Shown here: positions 10,020 to 18,155 of the stretch, piece by piece | Layout of the letters: each line of letters starts with the position of its first letter | How positions within the stretch are numbered: position 1 is the first letter of the stretch | NCBI GenBank assembly: GCA_963836235.1 | Contig: CAWIIP010000002.1 | Span: 800,001-864,000, forward strand | Direction: 5' to 3' | From: an uncultured Pseudomonadota bacterium | GTDB lineage: Bacteria > Oederibacteriota > Muellerivitia > Muellerivitales > Muellerivitaceae | DNA: 64,000 nt | Translations under genes and position numbers: made by a program | Notes under the pieces: generated by a model | Database searches by the model: none | What the model saw: only the letters and a program-made list of their open reading frames with translations | Told to the model about the DNA's origin: nothing

Positions 10020-12668
10020 ATGAAAGCATCCAAATTTTTCATATTGGCATTCAGCCTAATGCCTTTTTCTACTTGGGCAGCTTCTCAAGCCATATCTTTC
10101 TCTGCTCCCCCCAAAAATCCAGCCAATTGGCCTTATGAAGATGGCCAGGTACTCGTTCATTTCCAGAAATCCATACCAAAAGAAACAAGAGAGTCTTGGA
10201 TCAAGACTCTTGGTTACGAATATATCAAACCCCTCTATTCCGACGGATTCCTTTTAAAGGTTCCAAGTGGAACAGTTCCTGAAAAAGTAGAGAGTCTCAA
10301 GCATGACCCTCACTTTCGCCAAGTAACCCCCAACTACCTGGCTTATCCCTTGTCCTACACGCCCTACCCATTTCCCAATGACCCTAACTACCAAAATGGC
10401 AACGACGAATGGAATGTGAATGCCGTTCACATGGACCAAGCCTGGAACTCTAACGACCCTTGGATTGCTAACGCATCGTTAGGCAGATCAACCGCCGTGA
10501 TCGCCGTTTGTGACAGCGGCATCCGAACAACCCATGAGGACTTTGCCGGAAAAATAAATTCCAGCAGTTGGAATTTTTACGACGGGAACAGTGATGTAAC
10601 CGATATTTTTGGCCATGGTACTGCTGTTGCCGGCATTGCCAGTGCGGATGTCAACAACGGGCTTGGTGGAACCGGGATTTGCGCCAATTGTTCACTACTT
10701 GTTATAAAAATCACCCTGCCTAGTGGGGATAGCACGGATTTTTACCTAGAGGAAGGAATACAATACGCATTGCAAAACGGAGCGAAGGGAATCAACATAA
10801 GTTTTGGTGCTCCAGCGGGAACTCTCGATTATTACAGTAATCTTGCCTTCCAAGAAAACAGTGTTGTCGTTGGAGGAATGGGCAATGATGGTTCGAATAA
10901 CCAATATAGTCCTGCTAGTGATCCCAATGCGATCGGCGTGGGGGGGGTGGATCAAAGTGGTTCAAAGTGCTCTTTTTCCACTTATGGTTCTTGGATAGGA
11001 TTAGTGGCTCCAATTTGCAGTTCTGATTTTACTACCCAATACACCTGCGATAGTTGTTATGGTTTTTGGACAGGCACTTCCATGGCCGCTCCCCAGGTTT
11101 CTGCCATGGCCGCCATCCTGCTGGACCTAGGTCTCTCTCCTGCCGCAACTAAACAATGCCTCTATACCACCGCTGATACCTTAGGGGGTGGGTTCAATAT
11201 TCAAACTGGCTGGGGCCGTTTGAATTGCTACCGGGCTTTGGCCGCTATACGCCCCGCTTCCAATCTTTCCGCCTCTGGAGGGATGACCCAAGTTACCCTG
11301 AATTGGGTTGCCCCCCAGACCACCGCTTTTACGACCATCGACTATCTGATTTCCCGTTCCAACACGACTGGCGGCCCCTATACCCAGATAGGCCAAACCC
11401 CTAACGGTACCACTTTGAGTTTCAACGATACTTCTCCCAATCCCAATGTCCCTTACTACTATGTTGTCCAAGCCGTGGACGCCCAAGGCAACACCACGGT
11501 CGTTTCCAACGAATCCTCGGCCATGGCCACCGGCCCAACCTTCACCCCCACCGCCACCACCACCTTTACCGTCACTTCCACCCCCACGCCCAATTACGGC
11601 GACATGAGCGGCTTCACTTACGAAGGGCTCTGGCACCCGGTGAACGACCTGACTTCTCCTTGCCCCAACAGCTATACCCCGCCTTGGGCCGCCTATTGGG
11701 GCATCGACAGCCAATGCAATTTCCAATCAGGGAACACCAACCCAAGCACACTTATTTGCCCACCGTCGCTGTTCAAGGGTGTTGGTACTTCCAATTTTTG
11801 GATTTGGATGGATACGTCACCTAACGGGGCATATATTTACATGCAAACAGAAAGTTGTGGTGGTTGGTCAAATACGTCAATTTCCATACCTCAAAAAACT
11901 TGGTTTCCTATTAGCTATAATCAGGACGCTTGTTCAGGCGTGACCATCATCGCTTCCGCTTTGTCGGCAACCGGTAATACAGGGCGTGGTATATATATTG
12001 ATGACGTGGGTATCGGCACCCCCATCCCTACTTTCACTTTTACCCCCACCGGCACCATCTCCCCCTCGCCTACGGGCACCCCCACCTTCAACGAGTTCGC
12101 CGGAACCCCCACCTCGTCTTCCACCCCTACAAACACCTCCACGGGTACTCCCACACCAACCCCGTCAGCGACCCCCACCGACACCCCAACCGACTCGCCT
12201 ACCGACACCCCCTGCATGGTAGGCGGCATCCCCTGCACCAGCACTTTTAGCTTCACGCCGACCGACAGCTTTACCCCAACCAATAGCCCCACCAACAGCC
12301 CAAGCTTCACGCCGACTTATACCCCTACCTCGACTTCAAGCGTCACACCGACACCCACGACGACCCCCACTTCCACCCTCAACCCTTCCAGCCTTATTTA
12401 CGGTTACCTGGCCTATCCTAACCCCGTCAAAGGAAGCCAAGTGACCTTCGCTTACCAGCTTTCCCTCCCCGCGGATAAAGTCACCTTCAAGCTTTTCACC
12501 ACCGCCTTCCGCAAGGCCGCCGAGTTCAACGGCGCCACCAATGCCGGGGCCAATACCGTGCCTTTCGACGCTTCGAGCCTGGCTAATGGCCTTTACTATG
12601 CCGTTATGGAAGCGCAAGCGGGGGGGCATAAGGAACAGAAAATCGGAAAGCTGATTGTGGCGAAATAA
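10020..12668 (+). CDS. S8 subtilisin-family serine peptidase with FN3 domain, Thr/Pro stalk and C-terminal sorting domain
   Basis: Signal peptide and propeptide; triad motifs VCDSG, FGHGTAVAG, GTSMAAP; FN3-like VTLNW..YYYVVQAVD; C-terminal YPNP..LFTTAFRK..LANGLYY. Confidence 0.9.
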   Translation: MKASKFFILAFSLMPFSTWAASQAISFSAPPKNPANWPYEDGQVLVHFQKSIPKETRESWIKTLGYEYIKPLYSDGFLLKVPSGTVPEKVESLKHDPHFRQVTPNYLAYPLSYTPYPFPNDPNYQNGNDEWNVNAVHMDQAWNSNDPWIANASLGRSTAVIAVCDSGIRTTHEDFAGKINSSSWNFYDGNSDVTDIFGHGTAVAGIASADVNNGLGGTGICANCSLLVIKITLPSGDSTDFYLEEGIQYALQNGAKGINISFGAPAGTLDYYSNLAFQENSVVVGGMGNDGSNNQYSPASDPNAIGVGGVDQSGSKCSFSTYGSWIGLVAPICSSDFTTQYTCDSCYGFWTGTSMAAPQVSAMAAILLDLGLSPAATKQCLYTTADTLGGGFNIQTGWGRLNCYRALAAIRPASNLSASGGMTQVTLNWVAPQTTAFTTIDYLISRSNTTGGPYTQIGQTPNGTTLSFNDTSPNPNVPYYYVVQAVDAQGNTTVVSNESSAMATGPTFTPTATTTFTVTSTPTPNYGDMSGFTYEGLWHPVNDLTSPCPNSYTPPWAAYWGIDSQCNFQSGNTNPSTLICPPSLFKGVGTSNFWIWMDTSPNGAYIYMQTESCGGWSNTSISIPQKTWFPISYNQDACSGVTIIASALSATGNTGRGIYIDDVGIGTPIPTFTFTPTGTISPSPTGTPTFNEFAGTPTSSSTPTNTSTGTPTPTPSATPTDTPTDSPTDTPCMVGGIPCTSTFSFTPTDSFTPTNSPTNSPSFTPTYTPTSTSSVTPTPTTTPTSTLNPSSLIYGYLAYPNPVKGSQVTFAYQLSLPADKVTFKLFTTAFRKAAEFNGATNAGANTVPFDASSLANGLYYAVMEAQAGGHKEQKIGKLIVAK

Positions 12669-12678
12669 AACAGAAAAT

Positions 12679-12710
12679 AAAAAAGGCCCTCGAATTTTTC
12701 GGGAGCCCTT
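12679..12710 (-). terminator. Intrinsic terminator for the RHH-PIN operon (possibly bidirectional)
   Basis: Minus strand GGCTCCCGAA-aaa-TTCGAGGGCC followed by a T run; lies between convergent genes. Confidence 0.55.
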
Positions 12711-12768
12711 GTCTCGAGCAAGCGAACCACGTGCTCAATCAGAGAATCAATCGCCTTCCACGAGCCCT

Positions 12769-13203
12769 TTAAAGGGGAATATTGAAGGCATTAAGCCGCT
12801 TGAGGAAATGGGCGGGCGGTTCAATGATGACACCTTGGAAGGACATTAATGGCAGCAGGTGTTTCTTGTCCCCGGTGACGAGCACATCGCATTTTCCAAT
12901 GATTGCCACTTCCAAAACCCTGTCATCGGGTTGGTAGTTGATCGCGTTGATCCCGCCAGCCGGGACACAAACCGTGGAAGCGCTTCTGAACCGGTCTATC
13001 AAACGGCCGACTTTGTGCTCATGTTGGCCCATCTTATGGATGAGAACCCGGCGGACTTCCTCGAGGATATTGGGGCCGGTAACGTGGGAATAATCGAAGT
13101 CATAAAGCCGGTTTAAAATTTGGAGCGGGACGCCGCCATAAGCCACGCCGGAGATAATGACGTTGGCATCCAGGCAAACGGTTAAGGCGGACTTACCCGG
13201 CAA
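12769..13203 (-). CDS. PIN-domain toxin (VapC-like)
   Basis: 144 aa; VCLDANVIIS, DDRVLEVA and LVTGDKKHLL PIN acidic motifs; overlaps the upstream antitoxin. Confidence 0.9.
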   Translation of the reverse strand: MPGKSALTVCLDANVIISGVAYGGVPLQILNRLYDFDYSHVTGPNILEEVRRVLIHKMGQHEHKVGRLIDRFRSASTVCVPAGGINAINYQPDDRVLEVAIIGKCDVLVTGDKKHLLPLMSFQGVIIEPPAHFLKRLNAFNIPL

Positions 13204-13429
13204 ATGGGCCGCCGAAGGCCGCGGAAGTTATCTTGTGTTTTTTGACGTACTTGCTGGTGCTCGCGTGGAGCTCGAGAAGTTCTTTTTTGGCCTGGTAGCG
13301 GTCGAAAGCGTCCCTAAGAATCGCGGTAACGGTGCGGTGTTCTTTCTTGGCCGCGGCGAGGACTTCTTTGCCCATGTCGGCGGGGAACGCGAACGTTATC
13401 GTCTTTGGCATCTTCAATTTTGTTGTCAT
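13193..13429 (-). CDS. Ribbon-helix-helix (CopG-like) antitoxin
   Basis: 78 aa; KTITFAFP strand then helices AKKEHRTVTAILRDAFDRY; coupled to the PIN gene. Confidence 0.8.
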   Translation of the reverse strand: MTTKLKMPKTITFAFPADMGKEVLAAAKKEHRTVTAILRDAFDRYQAKKELLELHASTSKYVKKHKITSAAFGGPFAG

Positions 13430-13459
13430 GGGATCCCCAGGTTGAATTCTTAATACATC

Positions 13460-13528
13460 TTATGGGCCTCCATCGGCCAATTCAAGGAGAAGAAGAAAAG
13501 GAAAAAAAATATCGGCTAAAAACCTCAT
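13460..13528 (-). pseudogene. Remnant of a DUF5615 (PIN-like) toxin, only the first about 6 codons retained
   Basis: ATGA overlap with the DUF433 stop; reads MRFLAD, the usual start of DUF433 partner toxins, then unrelated sequence and a stop after 22 aa. Confidence 0.5.
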
Positions 13529-13752
13529 ACACCACTGCCCGTCAGGGGATGAACCTCCTCTTGGACCAGGGCGGCGGCATATTGGAGGGCTTGGTGGATA
13601 TCCTCCGCTTCAAGGTCGGGGTATTCCTGGAGTATTTCCTTCGTCGTCATGCCATCGGCAACCATGTTCACGACATGCGCAACGGTGATCCTCATTCCAC
13701 GGATACAAGCCTTCCCACCCATGATTTTCGGTTCAAAAGTAATCCTGTCCAT
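13525..13752 (-). CDS. DUF433 family antitoxin
   Basis: 75 aa RITFEPKIMGGKACIRGMRITV..EILQEYPDLEAEDI..AL.YAA; GGGAGG RBS. Confidence 0.9.
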   Translation of the reverse strand: MDRITFEPKIMGGKACIRGMRITVAHVVNMVADGMTTKEILQEYPDLEAEDIHQALQYAAALVQEEVHPLTGSGV

Positions 13753-14164
13753 TCACGGCCTCCCTTAGCCAAAAGCCTTGCGACGAAAACAGTTTAGCAC
13801 ACACGGCGCACTGAATGAATCCTGCCTATTATTGGGAATGAATTTGCCTATCAAAACCGGCTTGCCTTTTCACCATCCAACAAAAGTGACCCCCTTCAGG
13901 ACTAACTCAAGCCCGTCACAAAGTTCGTTTCTCTCGTTTCAGAACCACCGAAATTTTCCGCCTCGGCGCTTATCTTCACAGTCAGCTTCTATTCGAATCC
14001 CAAAACAGGCCAATTATTGTTCAAAAAATGTCTAAGGTTAAAGCGGAAACCTTTTTTCCCTAAAATTTTATTTGACGAAAAACATTTTTTGGAAATATCC
14101 TCCCCGCCATCAAGCTTCTTTAAAAATTTCATGGGCTTGAAATTTATTTTCTGGAGGAACGTTT

Positions 14165-15625
14165 ATGGAACCGATTTTGCTTCAAATCCCTGTCGCCAGG
14201 ATAAGACCCAACCCCAACAACTCCCGCCCAGTGATTACCCACGAAATGATCGAGATCAAGAAAGCCTCACTCGAGGCCGACGGCCAGTTGGACCCCATCA
14301 AGGTTCGACCCCTCACCCAGGAGGAAAAGGCTTCCGACCCGGAGCATGACTATGAGCTCATCGGGGGCCATATCCGGCTGGAGGCCGCCAAAAGCCTGGG
14401 CTGGGAAACCTTGAGGGCTTTGGTCTTTGCCTATACCCCCGCCGAAGCCGTCCTGCCTGGCATCATGGACAACAAGGGCCAGGACAGGCATTGGTTCTGT
14501 AAGTACCTGGATATCGAAGCCTTGTTGAAGGTATACCCGGACCTCTCCCAAAGACAGCTGGCCAACCGGCTGGAAATGAGCAAAACCGTCATAAACGAAG
14601 GTTTAAAACTATTAAAGTTCCTTAATCCATCCGCAAGGGAGTTGGTTGTCCGCACTGCGAACATAACAGAGCCTGCTACGACCTCAAGTGTCCGCAGTGC
14701 GGACACTACGGAACCTTCAAAAGCCTCAGATGTCCGCACTGCGGACACCATGGAGACGCCAGAAGACCCATGGGAGCTGGCGGAAGCCCCCGTCTATTGC
14801 CTCATGGACCTGGCGAACCCTCAAATGTCCTTGGAAGATATCCAGGACCTCATCTTAAAAGCCTTAAAAGTGGTCATTGACCGTCAAATGAGCGAATCCC
14901 AGGTGGAAAAACTGGTCGTTTGGATTGAAAAGGGCAACAGCCCCGAAAGTTTTGAGGATAAGGCTGAGCAGGTTCCTAACGAGGACCCCAACGACCCCCA
15001 TTCCTCTTATTGGACGGCCCTCCCCCCAAACGTCAAGGTAACCCGGACCAAAAAGGGATATGAAGTGCACGCCTCCCTGGCCCATAACGAGGGAGTACCG
15101 GTGGTTTATGGGATGTTGTCGAACCTTGAACACCTCAAACTGTTGTCGAAGGAACCCCATGACCCGCAATTCCGAAGCAAGCTGGAAGGGGTGATGGAGG
15201 AGGGGCGAAAAGCCCGGATCACCGCGAGGGAAGAGGCGGCCAAACAGGAAGCGGAACGCCAGGCGGCCCTTCAAGCGAAGGCCCAAGCCAAGGCCCAAAA
15301 GGCGGAGGCGGCAAAAGCAAAAAAAGAAGCATTATCTAAAACTGAGGTTGCTTCGTCGTCTTCGGCTTCCTATTCGGAAGCCACTCCTCGCAATGACGGA
15401 CAGCCCCAAGTTGGCCAGCCGAGTGCCGAAGCCGAAGCGGCTTCGGCCAATGACAGCAAAAAGGGATGGCTGAATCGAATCGCGGAAATGCTGAAGCAAA
15501 AGACCGGCATGGATGGGGGAGAGGTGGTGGAAGCCGTCGAAAGAAACCTTTGGAAGGACCTCAAATCGGCGGTCAATACCGTCATCAAGCAGATCTTTCG
15601 GCGATTCATTAAGAGAACCTTTTAG
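14165..15625 (+). CDS. ParB/RepB/Spo0J-family protein (orphan, no parA)
   Basis: IRPNPNNSR..GQLDPIKVR..YELIGGHIRLEAA ParB N-domain; HTH SQRQLANRLEMSKTVINEGLKLL; GGAGG RBS; long Ala/Lys coiled coil. Confidence 0.85.
   Translation: MEPILLQIPVARIRPNPNNSRPVITHEMIEIKKASLEADGQLDPIKVRPLTQEEKASDPEHDYELIGGHIRLEAAKSLGWETLRALVFAYTPAEAVLPGIMDNKGQDRHWFCKYLDIEALLKVYPDLSQRQLANRLEMSKTVINEGLKLLKFLNPSARELVVRTANITEPATTSSVRSADTTEPSKASDVRTADTMETPEDPWELAEAPVYCLMDLANPQMSLEDIQDLILKALKVVIDRQMSESQVEKLVVWIEKGNSPESFEDKAEQVPNEDPNDPHSSYWTALPPNVKVTRTKKGYEVHASLAHNEGVPVVYGMLSNLEHLKLLSKEPHDPQFRSKLEGVMEEGRKARITAREEAAKQEAERQAALQAKAQAKAQKAEAAKAKKEALSKTEVASSSSASYSEATPRNDGQPQVGQPSAEAEAASANDSKKGWLNRIAEMLKQKTGMDGGEVVEAVERNLWKDLKSAVNTVIKQIFRRFIKRTF
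14647..14747. repeat. Three 17-bp palindromes TGTCCGCA-N-TGCGGACA at 42-bp period inside the ParB-like ORF (parS-like)
   Basis: Copies at 14647-14663 (one mismatch), 14689-14705 and 14731-14747; spacers only loosely similar. Confidence 0.85.
15344..15399. repeat. REP/RPE-like palindromic element inserted in frame in the ParB-like gene
   Basis: GAGGTTGCTTCGTCG...CTCCTCGCAATGACGG ends, with internal hairpin GGCTTCC-tattc-GGAAGCC. Confidence 0.6.
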
Positions 15626-15642
15626 GGATAAAGGCCTCTTGA

Positions 15643-15679
15643 ACCACGACCTCTTAGCCTTTGGCCAAGAGGTCGTGGT
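15643..15679. terminator. Strong hairpin downstream of the ParB-like gene
   Basis: Perfect 13-bp inverted repeat ACCACGACCTCTT / AAGAGGTCGTGGT; T run a few nt downstream. Confidence 0.55.
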
Positions 15680-15788
15680 GAAATGTTTTTAAACAAGTAA
15701 CCGACTTTTCGCTTAATTTCCCCCACTCTTATAAAACACTTCACCGGAAAGGCCTCTTATAATAAGCCAATCCAATTTCCGGGTATTC

Positions 15789-18155
15789 ATGAACCAAGAA
15801 CATCCATCTCCCCTCATCCAAGAGCTTCACCAAGGGTTCTTCTCCCCCGCCTCAAGCCGGAAGGCCTGGGCGGCCCTGGTCCTAGGCGTAGCGGTCTTGG
15901 TCCTTTTCGCCCGGGCCCTCTTCTCCGGCGATACCCTGGTTTCCACTCCGGACGGCGACCTGGCCAACCAGTTTTACGCCTGGCGGGATTTCGGTTTTTC
16001 CGAACTGCGAAAAGGGCATTTGGCCCTTTGGAACCCCTACATCTATTGCGGGGCGCCTTTCTTCGCCGGTTTCCAGTCCGCCCTTCTCTATCCCCCTAAC
16101 TGGCTTTTTCTCTTTCTTCCCCTGGTATTCGCCCTGAACTTTTCCATCGCCCTCCACGTCTTCCTGGCGGGCTTTTTCACCTACCTTTGGCTGGCCGCGA
16201 ACCGCTTAAGTTTCCTGGCCGCACTCTTCGGAGCCTTCGTTTTCATGTTCGGCGGGGCTTACTTTTCGCATGTTACCCCCGGCCACTTGCCGAACCTTTG
16301 CACCATGGCCTGGATTCCCCTGGTCTTTCTTTGCGTGGAGGGTCTCTTGAAATCCCCCGGTTTAATAGAAGCCCTCGTGGGCATGGGGGTTTTGTCCCTC
16401 CAACTCTTGTCCGGCCATGCCCAATATTTTATTTACACCCTCTTCCTGGCGGGCCTTTACGCCTTGGCGCTCGAGATCCGGAACCCCGAAAAGAGATGGA
16501 GCAAGGCCCTTTATGGCCTGTCCATGCTTTTGGGGGCGCTCGCGGTCACTTCCATCCAATGGCTGGCCGGATTGGAGGCTAAGGGAGAAAACCTACGGGT
16601 AAGCGCCGGCTCCCCGGAGGCCCAACGTTTCTTTTCCCTGAACCCCCTGGATTCCTTGACGGTTTTGGCCTCCGGCCTGGGCGGGAAAGAAACCCGTTTC
16701 TTTTGCTGGAGCGGCTCCCGGATTTGGTGGGAGTCCTGCCTCTATATTGGAATCACCGCTTTTCTCTTGGCGATTTACGGGCTCACCCGAAGCGAAAGTC
16801 CCAAGGGGAAAAAAGGGGTCCTGTTGGGCCTGGCCCTTTTATCGCTCTTATTGGCCTTTGGTTTTTACACGCCCCTTTATCCCCTCCTGAACGAATGCGT
16901 TCCTTTCTTTGACTCCTTCCGGGGTACTTTCAAGTTCGGCATCTTTTTCCAATTAGCTTTCGCTTTCCTCGCCGCCGGAGGGCTCCAATGCTGGTTTTCC
17001 GCCACGAGGGAAAAAAAGTGGCCCGCTTTCCTGGCCTTCGGCCTGTCGGCAGTTTTTCTGGCCGCCACCTTTTCGGTTTTCCAAGGGTCCAGCTTGGACG
17101 GACTTTCTTCCCTACTTTCCTGGAACGATTCCGAAGCCCTTTCACCCCAATCTCCCCAATTCCTTCTCCAGATAGACGCGGCAAGAATCGTCAACCTAGC
17201 CGGGGCTTCCCTCCTTTTCCTGGCTTTCGGCCTGCTCTGGAGTTGGACTTCCCTAGGGGCAGTAAGAAAAATCGCCCTGGCCTTCCTGGGCATGGCGAAC
17301 TTGTGGGCCTTCGCGGGGGCCAATCTTCCCACCTTTGACGCCCAACAAATGAAATCCAGGGAAGCCGAGATTCAAAAAGCCTTGTCCCCCCAATTGGGGG
17401 ATGGGCGGATCTATTGGACCTCCCATGACGACCGTGCCCTTTCCCTGGGCTTGCCGGACATCTGGGGCGATGACCCCCTGCTTCCGAGGCGCTACAATTA
17501 TTTCATGACCTACACGGGAAATCCCTTGAACCCCTCTTTCGCTCCTGACACCCAAAAGCTTACCCTCACTCTTTCTAAAATCCGTCTAGTCCGCCTAGGC
17601 TATCTCCTAGACACGAAGAGCGAAGGCCTTCATATCACGCCCCTACCCTATTCCCGCCTGCCGCGCGCCTTTTTGGCCGGGCGATGGAAGCAAGTGGGAA
17701 GCGCCCAGGAGGCGATGGAAAATATTTCCCGTCCGGATTTTGATCCGGGGGCTGAAGTTCTTTTGGAAGAGTCACCCGTCATCTTGCCGGAGGAAAATGT
17801 CGCTCAAGGACAAGTAACACTGCAGGACCGGACCACCGATGAGGTCGAAATCCATGTCCAAACGGAGAAACCCCAAATCCTCATGATGACCGACAACTAC
17901 AGCCGGGGATGGAAAGCGGTAGCCTACCCTGACAGTGTTCAGCAAAAATACAAGGTGATGCCCGGAGATTATTTTAGCCGGGCCATCCCACTTTCATCCG
18001 GGAACCACCATTTTCTTTTGAAATACAACCCGGCGGCCTTCGAGGTTGGAAAATGGATTTCCTTAGCATCGCTCCTGGCTTATCTCCTCGCTTGGGTCTG
18101 GTGGGGATGGAAAAACAACCCTTTCCAAGGTGGAAAAGCGGCTCCCCTTGGATAA
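15789..18155 (+). CDS. YfhO-family membrane protein (GT-C-type glycosyltransferase)
   Basis: 788 aa; GDLANQFY..LWNPYIYCGAPF..QSALLYPPN; many TMs; C-terminal DNYSRGWKA..RAIPLSSGNH..Y.P..F..G..ISL. Confidence 0.85.
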   Translation: MNQEHPSPLIQELHQGFFSPASSRKAWAALVLGVAVLVLFARALFSGDTLVSTPDGDLANQFYAWRDFGFSELRKGHLALWNPYIYCGAPFFAGFQSALLYPPNWLFLFLPLVFALNFSIALHVFLAGFFTYLWLAANRLSFLAALFGAFVFMFGGAYFSHVTPGHLPNLCTMAWIPLVFLCVEGLLKSPGLIEALVGMGVLSLQLLSGHAQYFIYTLFLAGLYALALEIRNPEKRWSKALYGLSMLLGALAVTSIQWLAGLEAKGENLRVSAGSPEAQRFFSLNPLDSLTVLASGLGGKETRFFCWSGSRIWWESCLYIGITAFLLAIYGLTRSESPKGKKGVLLGLALLSLLLAFGFYTPLYPLLNECVPFFDSFRGTFKFGIFFQLAFAFLAAGGLQCWFSATREKKWPAFLAFGLSAVFLAATFSVFQGSSLDGLSSLLSWNDSEALSPQSPQFLLQIDAARIVNLAGASLLFLAFGLLWSWTSLGAVRKIALAFLGMANLWAFAGANLPTFDAQQMKSREAEIQKALSPQLGDGRIYWTSHDDRALSLGLPDIWGDDPLLPRRYNYFMTYTGNPLNPSFAPDTQKLTLTLSKIRLVRLGYLLDTKSEGLHITPLPYSRLPRAFLAGRWKQVGSAQEAMENISRPDFDPGAEVLLEESPVILPEENVAQGQVTLQDRTTDEVEIHVQTEKPQILMMTDNYSRGWKAVAYPDSVQQKYKVMPGDYFSRAIPLSSGNHHFLLKYNPAAFEVGKWISLASLLAYLLAWVWWGWKNNPFQGGKAAPLG

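Noticed and set aside
14647-14747. Possible mini CRISPR array
   Set aside because: Repeats are only 17 bp, lie in frame in a gene, have related spacers, and there are no cas genes.
12769-15679. Intact plasmid or prophage
   Set aside because: No rep, parA, integrase or structural genes; at most a relic.
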